Shown piece by piece: positions 18,431 through 27,300 of a DNA stretch of 64,000 nt. The number at the start of each line of letters is the position of its first letter. The stretch's first letter is position 1. Under the pieces are notes generated by a model that did no database searches, had not been told where the DNA came from, and saw only the letters and a list, made by a program, of their open reading frames with translations. Origin of the DNA: Candidatus Zixiibacteriota bacterium (GTDB lineage: Bacteria; Zixibacteria; MSB-5A5; UBA10806; 4484-95). The position numbers were made by a program, and so were the translations under genes. The stretch lies in the NCBI GenBank assembly GCA_037441845.1, contig JBBIRK010000006.1, positions 64,001 to 128,000 on the forward strand. The letters are read 5' to 3'.

Positions 18431-19266
18431 GAACAAAGTTCGTAATTGTTACATCAATGTTGATTTTCGTCGCAGGTTGTTCCTCCAAGGCGCAGGAAGG
18501 CAAAGTAGTCGCCGAGGTAAACGGCCAAAAATTGACCGAGGAATACTTGCTTGCCCAATTTCCTGCCGAATACCGTGCCAACCTGACTTCCGAGGATCTG
18601 GATAAAGCGATTCAGTCATGGGTGGAGCTCGAAATCCTTTATCAGGAGGGGGTACGGCAGAAGATAAATGAGGATCGCCAGGTATTGGACCTGATAGATC
18701 AAGCGCGCAAAACCATCATCGCCAGAAGATTCCTCGAATCGGCTATCGGCCCGAGTATCAATGTCACCGACAGCGAAATGCATGCCGCATATGAAAGGGA
18801 ATCAGCCCGTTTCACCAGCAATGAAGAAGCGGTCAACCTGAGCCATATCGTATTGCGCAGCGAGGGTGCCGCTCAGGCCGTTTATAAAAGACTTCAAGCC
18901 GGCGAGAATTTCGCGCAGCTGGTTATGGATTATTCCGAAGACACCTCCAGCGCCAAGCGTGGCGGCGATATCGGATTTATGCCGGTCGCCGCGCTCGAAA
19001 AAGCGATGGTCGACGAAATTGCACATCTGCCGATCGGCAAATTCACGAAGCCGATAAAATCTCAGGCCGGGGCATACCACATATTTTTGGTGAAGGATAG
19101 GCGATCCAGCGGCTCCTCCATTCCTTTCGAGGAAGTCAAGGACGATATCGCTCAGGCCATTTTGGCCGAGAAGCAGCAGATCGCCTTCGATTCTTTGGTA
19201 ACCGCTCTCAAGAATAAAGCGAAGATCAACATTTATCCTTTGGGTGACTCCATTGGCAAAAAGTGA
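18427..19266 (+). CDS. parvulin-type peptidyl-prolyl isomerase lipoprotein
   Basis: Lipobox VAGC; VVAEVNG, SHIVL, YSED..GGDIG, YHIF. Confidence 0.88.
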   Translation: MRTKFVIVTSMLIFVAGCSSKAQEGKVVAEVNGQKLTEEYLLAQFPAEYRANLTSEDLDKAIQSWVELEILYQEGVRQKINEDRQVLDLIDQARKTIIARRFLESAIGPSINVTDSEMHAAYERESARFTSNEEAVNLSHIVLRSEGAAQAVYKRLQAGENFAQLVMDYSEDTSSAKRGGDIGFMPVAALEKAMVDEIAHLPIGKFTKPIKSQAGAYHIFLVKDRRSSGSSIPFEEVKDDIAQAILAEKQQIAFDSLVTALKNKAKINIYPLGDSIGKK

Positions 19267-20545
19267 ATCTGCCTTTACTTTATGCGTGATTCTTTTTCTG
19301 GTCCTAACTGCTCCGGCCGGTTGCTGGGAAAAGCTGGACGGTGTGGCGGCGATCGTCGATGATCGGATAATACTGATCTCCGAGCTCCAATCGCAAATAC
19401 AGCTTGCGGCGATGCAATTTTCTCTCGACATTTCCGACTCGGCGCGTATAGACAGCTTGAGAAAAACGCTACTGCAACAGATGATAGACGACAAGCTGGT
19501 GTTAATCGAAGCAGAAAAAGATACCACTATCAAAATCACCGGCAAACAGATCGAAGAAGCGCTCAATCAACAGATAGAAAGATTGAAATCGCAATTCCCA
19601 TCCGAAGACGCTTTCATGAGACAACTGACCGCGGAGGGTCTGACTCTTAAGAGTCTGCGTCTGCGCTATCGGGAACAGATTAAGAATCAACTTACCAAAG
19701 AAATGTATCTCGATAAATTGTTTTCCAAAATCACGATCTCATCGGGCGAAACCAAAGAGTTCTACAATACTTATCGCGATAGCCTGCCCCGGTTGCCGGC
19801 GGGTTATCACCTAGCCCAAATCCTTCTCGGGATTTACCCCAACGAAACCGTTCAGGATTCTCTGCGGCGATTTGCCGAGGCTTTGAGGCAAAAAATAGCA
19901 GCCGGCGAGGATTTCACCTTGATGGCGCGTTCCTTTTCCGACGACGCCAGTTCCGAAGAAGGCGGCGAACTCGGTTGGTTCGGAAGAGGGGAGATGGTCC
20001 CCGAATTCGACAGCGCCGCTTTTTCTCTCGGTCCCGGTGAGCTATCGGGTGTGGTGCGGACTCGTTTCGGGTTTCATATCATCAAATGTCTCGAAAAAAA
20101 GGAAGACAAAATCCGGGTAAGTCATATCCTGATCGGCTTCAAACCATCGCCTGAGGATATCCTCGGCAAGAGAAATTTCGCTGATTCTCTGCGCGATCTG
20201 TTGACTTCCGGGGCGGATTTCGGCGATCTGGCCAGTAAATATTCAGAGGACGAAGGGAGCAGATTTTCCGATGGCGATATAGGCTGGTTTTCACTGCCGG
20301 AAATGCTGCCGGAATTCCGAGAGGTCGTCGATAAGCTTAACCCGGGTGACATATCCCCGCCGATTAAAACGGACTACGGCTGGCACATCGTAAAAGTACT
20401 CGAAAAGCAAGATGGACGCCCGGTTGACTACGTAAAGGATTACACAGATATCGAAAAGCTTGCCAGACGCTATAAAACCCAAAAAGAGCTTCAGCAATGG
20501 CTCAAGACCGCCCGGGAAAAATACTATGTGCAAATTGTTCAATGA
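19244..20545 (+). CDS. surA: SurA-like chaperone with two PPIase domains
   Basis: LDGVAAIVDDRIILISEL (SurA N-domain) and two parvulin domains (GGELGWF...FGFHIIK; DGDIGWF...YGWHIVK). Confidence 0.85.
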   Translation: MTPLAKSESAFTLCVILFLVLTAPAGCWEKLDGVAAIVDDRIILISELQSQIQLAAMQFSLDISDSARIDSLRKTLLQQMIDDKLVLIEAEKDTTIKITGKQIEEALNQQIERLKSQFPSEDAFMRQLTAEGLTLKSLRLRYREQIKNQLTKEMYLDKLFSKITISSGETKEFYNTYRDSLPRLPAGYHLAQILLGIYPNETVQDSLRRFAEALRQKIAAGEDFTLMARSFSDDASSEEGGELGWFGRGEMVPEFDSAAFSLGPGELSGVVRTRFGFHIIKCLEKKEDKIRVSHILIGFKPSPEDILGKRNFADSLRDLLTSGADFGDLASKYSEDEGSRFSDGDIGWFSLPEMLPEFREVVDKLNPGDISPPIKTDYGWHIVKVLEKQDGRPVDYVKDYTDIEKLARRYKTQKELQQWLKTAREKYYVQIVQ

Positions 20546-20706
20546 AACGACCACCGAAAGCAAGGAAGAAACTGCGGTCGTATAATCTGCCTATCATTCG
20601 ATCTGTGCCGCGTTTCTTTGAATTGATTCTATTCGGCCGGCGGCCGATGGGGTCGCGTCTCCGTCTCGCCGCAACATGATTGCGACGTTCGATATTTCGA
20701 TAATAA

Positions 20707-20973
20707 ATGCGTCTTGACGTTTTTCTGGCGAAAGCCCGCATATTAAAAACCAGATCGCTCGTCAAAATCGCTATCGACGAGGGGATGGTATTCATCAATG
20801 GCCTTCAGGCCAAACCGGCCTCGACGGTCAAGATAGGCCACATCATCGAGGTTGACATCCCCAGATTTTACCTCAAATTGAAAGTGGTCTCATTGCCATC
20901 GAAAAATCTGAAAAAATCCGAAGCCCGCTCGCTTTTCGAGACTCTCGAAAGCAGGCGGAAGGAGCTCATCTGA
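20707..20973 (+). CDS. S4-domain RNA-binding protein (Hsp15/RqcP-like)
   Basis: MRLDVFL..RILKTRSL....GMVFING..AKPA..VKIG. Confidence 0.88.
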   Translation: MRLDVFLAKARILKTRSLVKIAIDEGMVFINGLQAKPASTVKIGHIIEVDIPRFYLKLKVVSLPSKNLKKSEARSLFETLESRRKELI

Positions 20974-22259
20974 AAAATCATTTCGTCACCGGCAAGATTC
21001 GAAAAGACCGAGTGCTACTGGCCGCTTTGAGGACTCCGGGGATCCGAGCCGAGGAGATCAACGATTCGCTTCAGGAGTTGGCGGCCCTCTGTCGATCCGC
21101 CGGAGGGGAAGTCGTCGCTGTCGTCAGTCAGAATCGCGACAGAATCGATCCGGGTCATTTGTTCGGCGAAGGCAAGCTCAAAGAGATAAAAAGGCTCGCC
21201 GAGGAATTTGACGCCAAGCTGATGGTGTTCGACGGTGAATTGACCGCGTCGCAGCAGGAAAAAATCGAAAAATTCCTCGATATGGCGGTTATCGACCGCC
21301 CCGCGCTCATTCTCGATATTTTCGCCCGCCACGCCAGAACCCGCGAGGCTATCGCCCAGGTTAATTTGGCGCAGCTGCAATATCTACTGCCGCGGCTGGC
21401 TGGTCACTGGTCTCACCTGGAACGCCAGGAAGCGGCGATCGGAACCAGAGGCCCCGGCGAAACCCAGCTCGAAACCGATCGTCGCATGGTGCGCCGGAAA
21501 ATCGCCGAACTGAAACGGGTTCTGAAAAAAATCGACAGCGAACGCGAGGTTCAACGCCGCCGACGCAGCACGAAAATCAATTTCTGCCTGGTCGGTTATA
21601 CCAACGCCGGAAAATCGAGTTTGTTCAACCGGCTCTGTAATGATTCCGTGTACGTCGCGGATAAATTGTTCGCCACGCTCGATTCGACGACCCGCCGTTT
21701 ACCCTTTCATGGAAGAGCCGAGATCATGCTCACAGACACCGTTGGATTTATACGAAAATTGCCGGTGAATCTAATCGCTTCGTTTCGTTCGACACTTAAA
21801 GAAGTGAATTCCGCTGATATGCTTATCCACGTGGCCGATGCCTCATCGGGAGATGTCGAGGAAAAAATCGTTTCCGTCAGCCAGGTGTTGAGCGATATCG
21901 GAGCAGGCGGGATCCCCACCCTGCTTCTATTCAATAAAATCGATCTGGTGAAGGATAAGGGATATCTGAAAAATCTATCGTTGAATTACCCGGATAGCAT
22001 GCAAATTTCAGTGAAAACAGACGAAGGTGTCGAGCAGCTGATTTATAGATTGCAAAAGCTGGCTCTTAGTCTGTATATCGAATTGGAAATCAGAATTCCG
22101 CAGACGGAAACCCACGCAATCAAATTGGCCTCCAAGTTGATGCAGATTGCGTCGGGACGTCTGGATAACGGCTTTCTTGTTTTTACCGGCAAGATATTGA
22201 AACACGAAGTTCCATTGCTGGAAAACGCGGGGATCAAAATCGATGGTCAAGCGAAATAA
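20970..22259 (+). CDS. hflX: GTPase HflX (likely CTG start at 20970; first GTG at 21012)
   Basis: ILDIFARHA, GPGETQLETDRR, GYTNAGKSS, LFATLD, DTVGF, NKID. Confidence 0.95.
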   Translation: MKNHFVTGKIRKDRVLLAALRTPGIRAEEINDSLQELAALCRSAGGEVVAVVSQNRDRIDPGHLFGEGKLKEIKRLAEEFDAKLMVFDGELTASQQEKIEKFLDMAVIDRPALILDIFARHARTREAIAQVNLAQLQYLLPRLAGHWSHLERQEAAIGTRGPGETQLETDRRMVRRKIAELKRVLKKIDSEREVQRRRRSTKINFCLVGYTNAGKSSLFNRLCNDSVYVADKLFATLDSTTRRLPFHGRAEIMLTDTVGFIRKLPVNLIASFRSTLKEVNSADMLIHVADASSGDVEEKIVSVSQVLSDIGAGGIPTLLLFNKIDLVKDKGYLKNLSLNYPDSMQISVKTDEGVEQLIYRLQKLALSLYIELEIRIPQTETHAIKLASKLMQIASGRLDNGFLVFTGKILKHEVPLLENAGIKIDGQAK

Positions 22260-22974
22260 ATTCGCCGGAATGCGAGCACTGGTAACCGGCGCTTCATCGG
22301 GGATCGGAAACGCTGTCGCCAGGCTGTTTTTGCAATCCGGGATGAGGGTGGTAATCAGCGGCCGCAACGAAAATAAGTTGATGACGCTGGCCGGCGAATT
22401 CAAAGAAGCCGTGATCGAGCCTGCCGATCTGACCGATTCTAACCAGACGATCCGACTGGCTTTGAACTCACTCAAACATTTCGCCGGCCTCGACGTTCTG
22501 GTCAATAACGCAGGCATCGGGATCAATCGCAACGTAATCCAGATGGATCTGAGCGAATTTGATCTTACGCTGAATCTGAATCTGCGCGCGCCCTTTATTC
22601 TCAGCAAGATAATCGGCGCCCACATGGCCGAATCGGGCGGCGGTCATATAATAAATATCGGCTCCGGTGCGTCCTATACCCCGATCGCCGGTTATGCAGC
22701 CTACTGCGCCTCCAAATACGGATTGCTCGGCTTTTCCGAGAGTTTGGCGCTCGAGCTGCGCCAAAAAAATATCAAGGTCTCTATCGTGATGCCCGGCAGC
22801 GTAGCCACCGCTTTCGGAGGCGGAACCCCCGAGCAAAGATTGAAATCCCGCCCGGGAATTCTTTTGCCAGAGGATGTCGCCCAGGCGGTGATGTTTTTAC
22901 TCGATCAGCCGGCTCATGCCTGGACTTCACAGGTGAATCTGCGCCCATTGAATCCTGATAAGAAATGGTCTTGA
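22243..22974 (+). CDS. SDR family oxidoreductase
   Basis: TGASSGIG, NNAG, YCASK. Confidence 0.93.
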   Translation: MVKRNKFAGMRALVTGASSGIGNAVARLFLQSGMRVVISGRNENKLMTLAGEFKEAVIEPADLTDSNQTIRLALNSLKHFAGLDVLVNNAGIGINRNVIQMDLSEFDLTLNLNLRAPFILSKIIGAHMAESGGGHIINIGSGASYTPIAGYAAYCASKYGLLGFSESLALELRQKNIKVSIVMPGSVATAFGGGTPEQRLKSRPGILLPEDVAQAVMFLLDQPAHAWTSQVNLRPLNPDKKWS

Positions 22975-22995
22975 ACCTATGACAAGGAGGAAAAG

Positions 22996-23412
22996 ATGAA
23001 AACGTTATCGATCGTAATCTTATCATTGGCCTTGGCTGCCGCAGGAGCCGATATTTTCGCCCAAGAGGCTTCAAAGGGCGGCGACAGCACTGAGATCAAG
23101 CTTGAAAAAATCGCCTGCGGCAGCGGTGTGGCCGATCGCGAACTTACCGGACAAGATACGGTCTTCTCAGTCGAATCAGGAACGATCTATTGCTGGACCT
23201 TATTTACCGGTGGAGCGCCGGGTAATTCCGTAACTCACGTCTGGAGCCTCGACGGCAAAGAAATGGCTCGCGTATCCTTGCCGGTGGATTATCCGAGAAC
23301 CAGAACCTGGTCCAGCAAGAAAATTTTCGCCGGTGCCGAGGGAAAATGGCGGGTCGAAGTGGTCGATTCGAGGGACAGCGTTCTGGCCGCCGTCGAGTTT
23401 GTCGTCAGATGA
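22996..23412 (+). CDS. DUF2914-family secreted protein
   Basis: Signal peptide; GVADRE, VTHVW, RTWSSK, GKWRVEV. AAGGAGG SD. Confidence 0.8.
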   Translation: MKTLSIVILSLALAAAGADIFAQEASKGGDSTEIKLEKIACGSGVADRELTGQDTVFSVESGTIYCWTLFTGGAPGNSVTHVWSLDGKEMARVSLPVDYPRTRTWSSKKIFAGAEGKWRVEVVDSRDSVLAAVEFVVR

Positions 23413-23433
23413 TTTTCACCGCCGAGTCGGTCG

Positions 23434-23970
23434 ATGCATAATGAAGCGGAAAATCCATCGGGAAAATCAACCGAACCTTCTTTGGAACTCGAATTCGCTC
23501 TGACACGGACCGATTTGCTCTGGTATAATTTCCATTTCAATAGACATCTGTTGGTAATAGCCATATGCCTGATCGCGCCGCTCGCCGTGGTAATCCACTT
23601 TCTGGCGGTTTCAAGCGGCGATGACAGCCGGTTGTGGCTTTTTTGGCTGCTGGCGGGAATCCTGCTGGGTATCGGCTATTGTATCGGCTCATTGCTCATA
23701 ATAGCGGCGCAAGTATTTTATTCGAATTCGGCCTCGGTAACGGCGTCGCTGGAACCGCGAACCTACCATATCGATCGCACTGGCCTTCAGGTCAGATCGG
23801 GCGACAAACAGTGGCGGCGGACTTGGGCGGAAATCGGGGGAATCCGCAAAACCAGACGGGCTTATTATCTGTTTACCCCGGGACGCGGCTCGATTATCAT
23901 TCCCTTAAATCGTTTGAGCGACGATAAGGAGAAGGCGTTGTTGGCCGACCTCTTGCCTTGGCATCGATAA
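23434..23970 (+). CDS. YcxB-like membrane protein
   Basis: Two TM helices followed by a W..I....T...YYLF.....IIP C-terminal domain. Confidence 0.7.
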   Translation: MHNEAENPSGKSTEPSLELEFALTRTDLLWYNFHFNRHLLVIAICLIAPLAVVIHFLAVSSGDDSRLWLFWLLAGILLGIGYCIGSLLIIAAQVFYSNSASVTASLEPRTYHIDRTGLQVRSGDKQWRRTWAEIGGIRKTRRAYYLFTPGRGSIIIPLNRLSDDKEKALLADLLPWHR

Positions 23971-24070
23971 TATCGGCACCGCCCCGCCCGATATTTCTTA
24001 TTCCCAAAAGTTATTCGAAATCTTGCCCGAAACCCAAAAAGCGTTATATTGTAAAATTGGCCGAAAATAA

Positions 24071-24106
24071 TTGACCGGCGGATACTGTTCATTATAATAG
24101 TGAACA
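24071..24106 (+). promoter_or_regulatory. uvrA promoter (TTGACC-N16-TATAAT) with an overlapping inverted repeat
   Basis: TTGACC at 24071-24076, TATAAT at 24093-24098; palindrome TGTTCATTAT-A-ATAGTGAACA at 24086-24106. Confidence 0.6.
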
Positions 24107-24130
24107 TATGTAGATTAATATGGGGTTGAA

Positions 24131-26956
24131 ATGAATACGAATTACTTGATAATCAAAGGTGCCCGCGAACATAACCTCAAAAATATCGATGTCACGATCC
24201 CGCGAAACAAGCTGGTGGTCATAACCGGCTTGTCCGGCTCCGGCAAATCATCGTTGGCGTTCGATACCCTTTACGCCGAAGGACAAAGGCGCTACGTCGA
24301 ATCGCTCTCCGCATACGCAAGGCAATTCCTCGGCTTGATGGAAAAGCCGAACGTCGATTTCATCGATGGCTTATCGCCCGCGATTTCCATCGAGCAGCGT
24401 TCGGCGGCCAAAAACCCGCGTTCCACGGTCGGCACCGTCACCGAGATTTACGACTACCTGCGTCTGCTTTACGCCCGTGTGGGGATCCCTCATTGCTGGA
24501 AATGCAAAGAGCCGATAAAACAGCAGACGGTCCAACAGATTGCCGATTCCATTCTCGAATTGCCGATCAACAGCCGGGTGAATATTCTGGCGCCTGTGGT
24601 CAGGGGGCGTAAAGGTGAGTTCAAGGAGGTTTTCGATGATATACGGCGCGAGGGGTTCGTCAGGGTGCGTGTCGATAAGGACATGATAGAGATCGACGAG
24701 ACGCCCGACCTTGACAAGAACAAAAAACATACCATTGAAATCGTGGTGGATCGCCTGATCATAAAACATGATATCGGGCGCCGCCTGACCGATTCACTGG
24801 AAACGGCCCTCAAGCTCGGTTCGGGACTTGTGGTCGTCGATTCGCCGGGAAAAGGTGAAAGGCTGTTTTCCGAACGGTTCGCCTGCGAAAAATGCGGCCT
24901 GTCATACGAGGAACCATCGCCGCGCATGTTCTCGTTCAATTCCCCCTACGGCGCCTGTCCCGATTGCTCCGGTCTCGGATTCAAAATGGAACTCGATCCG
25001 GCTTTGGTGGTGCCCGATCCATCGCTGTCGATAAATCAGGGAGCGATCGCCCCTTGGGGAATACCCCGCGGCGGCTATTATTTCAGCATGTTGAAGGCGA
25101 TCGCTCAACATTATGGTTTTTCGCTGGCCGCTCCTTTTGAAACATTATCGCAAAAAAACAAAGACATAATCCTTTACGGTTCAGGCAAAGACGAAGTCAA
25201 ATTCGTCTGGAATCACTCCGACGGTCGCGGTGTCTGGGAGCGTCGCGATCGTTTCGAGGGCGTGATCAACAACCTCCGCCGCCGTTATCACCAGACGCAA
25301 TCGGCCGCAATACGAGAGTGGATCGAGCAATTCATGTCGATAAAGCCATGCGCTTCCTGCGATGGGGCGCGCCTGAAACCTGAAGTGCTGTCGGTGATGA
25401 TCGACAACTACTCGATCGCAAGAGTGAGCGCCATGTCGGTGAAGGCCGCGCGGGCTTTTTTCGCCGGGCTGAAGCTGGATAAAAGGCGGGCTTCGATCGC
25501 CAAACAGATCCTGAAAGAAATCAATCAGCGACTGACTTTTCTAATAAACGTCGGTCTCGATTATCTAACCCTCGACCGAACCGCGATGAGCCTTTCCGGA
25601 GGCGAAGCGCAGCGAATCAGATTGGCGACCCAAATCGGCTCCCGACTTGTAGGAGTGCTGTATATCCTCGACGAACCTTCGATCGGCCTCCACCAACGAG
25701 ATAACCGTCGCTTGCTGAACACCTTGATTTCTTTGCGCGATCTCGGCAACACCGTAGTGGTGGTCGAGCACGATCGGGAAACGATCGAAACCGCCGATCA
25801 CGTGATCGATCTCGGGCCCGGCGCCGGCACCAAAGGCGGTTATGTCGTCGCCGCCGGAACACCTGCGGCGATAAAGCGCTCGCCGAAATCTATAACCGGT
25901 AAATATCTTTCAGGAAAGATGTCGATACCGGTGCCGGCGGCAAGAAGAAAAAGCAGCGACAAAATCATTATCAAGAATGCGCGCGGCAACAACCTTAAAA
26001 AAATCACCGTCGAAATCCCACTCGGAATCTTCACCTGCGTAACCGGAGTTTCCGGCTCCGGGAAATCGACTCTCGTCAATGAAACGCTGTTCAAGGTTAT
26101 GGCTCAGCGGTTCTATCACTCCAAGACTCAGCCGCTGCCCTGTGACTCCGTTCTCGGACTTGAAAAAATCGATAAAGTCATAGATATAGATCAATCGCCC
26201 ATCGGACGGACCCCCCGTTCCAATCCCGCCACCTATACCGGCTTGTTCACTCCTATTCGAGACTTGTTTTCCCAATTGCCCGAATCCCGAGCCCGGGGCT
26301 ACGGCCCCGGACGATTTTCTTTCAACGTTCGGGGTGGGCGTTGCGAGGCCTGCGAGGGAGACGGCATCATAAAGATCGAAATGCACTTTCTGCCCGATGT
26401 TTACGTGCCTTGCGAAGTTTGCAAGGGTGCCCGTTACAATCGAGACACTCTCGAGATCAGGTATCGAGGAAAATCGATCGCCGACGTCCTGAACATGACG
26501 GTCGATGAGGCGCTCGAGTTTTTCCATAACATTCCGACCATCCAACGCAAGCTGGAAACGCTGGCTGGAGTCGGTCTCGGCTATATCCGCCTCGGCCAGC
26601 AGGCCACGACCCTTTCGGGCGGCGAGGCGCAAAGGGTAAAATTGTCGACCGAGCTATCGAAAGTGGCAACCGGCAACACCTTCTATATGCTCGATGAACC
26701 GACTACGGGGCTGCATTTCGATGATATCCGGCAGTTGCTTGTCGTTTTGAATACACTGGTCGATCGCGGTAATACCGTGCTGGTGATCGAACATAACATG
26801 GACGTGATTAAGACTGCCGATTGGATCATCGATTTGGGCCCCGAAGGAGGCGACGAGGGGGGATACGTGGTGGCCGCTGGCACTCCGGAACAGGTGGCCG
26901 CCAATCCGAAAAGTTATACCGGCATGTTCTTGAGAAAGGAATTGGGCTTGGAATAA
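24131..26956 (+). CDS. uvrA: excinuclease ABC subunit A
   Basis: [18 protein letters not shown], Zn fingers, two LSGGEAQR motifs, GVSGSGKST; 941 aa. Confidence 0.99.
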   Translation: MNTNYLIIKGAREHNLKNIDVTIPRNKLVVITGLSGSGKSSLAFDTLYAEGQRRYVESLSAYARQFLGLMEKPNVDFIDGLSPAISIEQRSAAKNPRSTVGTVTEIYDYLRLLYARVGIPHCWKCKEPIKQQTVQQIADSILELPINSRVNILAPVVRGRKGEFKEVFDDIRREGFVRVRVDKDMIEIDETPDLDKNKKHTIEIVVDRLIIKHDIGRRLTDSLETALKLGSGLVVVDSPGKGERLFSERFACEKCGLSYEEPSPRMFSFNSPYGACPDCSGLGFKMELDPALVVPDPSLSINQGAIAPWGIPRGGYYFSMLKAIAQHYGFSLAAPFETLSQKNKDIILYGSGKDEVKFVWNHSDGRGVWERRDRFEGVINNLRRRYHQTQSAAIREWIEQFMSIKPCASCDGARLKPEVLSVMIDNYSIARVSAMSVKAARAFFAGLKLDKRRASIAKQILKEINQRLTFLINVGLDYLTLDRTAMSLSGGEAQRIRLATQIGSRLVGVLYILDEPSIGLHQRDNRRLLNTLISLRDLGNTVVVVEHDRETIETADHVIDLGPGAGTKGGYVVAAGTPAAIKRSPKSITGKYLSGKMSIPVPAARRKSSDKIIIKNARGNNLKKITVEIPLGIFTCVTGVSGSGKSTLVNETLFKVMAQRFYHSKTQPLPCDSVLGLEKIDKVIDIDQSPIGRTPRSNPATYTGLFTPIRDLFSQLPESRARGYGPGRFSFNVRGGRCEACEGDGIIKIEMHFLPDVYVPCEVCKGARYNRDTLEIRYRGKSIADVLNMTVDEALEFFHNIPTIQRKLETLAGVGLGYIRLGQQATTLSGGEAQRVKLSTELSKVATGNTFYMLDEPTTGLHFDDIRQLLVVLNTLVDRGNTVLVIEHNMDVIKTADWIIDLGPEGGDEGGYVVAAGTPEQVAANPKSYTGMFLRKELGLE

Positions 26957-27233
26957 TCACCGGAAGTCCCGGGAAAAATTCCGTTCGTAAATGATCGGCA
27001 ACTGAATTTTGGCAAAAGGGGAACCCGAAGAAACATTGACTGATTACTGGCTAAACCGTCGTAATTTCCTCCCCACTCGAGAATGGCTGATCATGCCTCC
27101 TTGCAATGCCGCCGCCTGGGGTCAATATAGGTAGCGATTTTCATGATCAAAAGGATCCCGGGTAAAACGGCGAAAACATCCGGGATTGCAGAATGTTGTA
27201 TGCTGCCGAACATGGCTCCGGCATAGCAAAACA

Positions 27234-27262
27234 TTGACATGGCGATGGTCGTTTATTATTTT
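27234..27262 (+). promoter_or_regulatory. sigma70-like promoter of the EF-G paralog (TTGACA-N17-TATTTT)
   Basis: TTGACA at 27234-27239, TATTTT at 27257-27262; GGAGGA SD before ATG 27301. Confidence 0.6.
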
Positions 27263-27300
27263 GAAATTTCGCGAAAATTATACGGGCCTTTGGAGGAAAG

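Noticed and set aside
16958..20545. Three tandem PPIase genes after mfd as a novel system
   Set aside because: mfd followed by SurA/PrsA-like genes is a familiar arrangement; recorded as features only.
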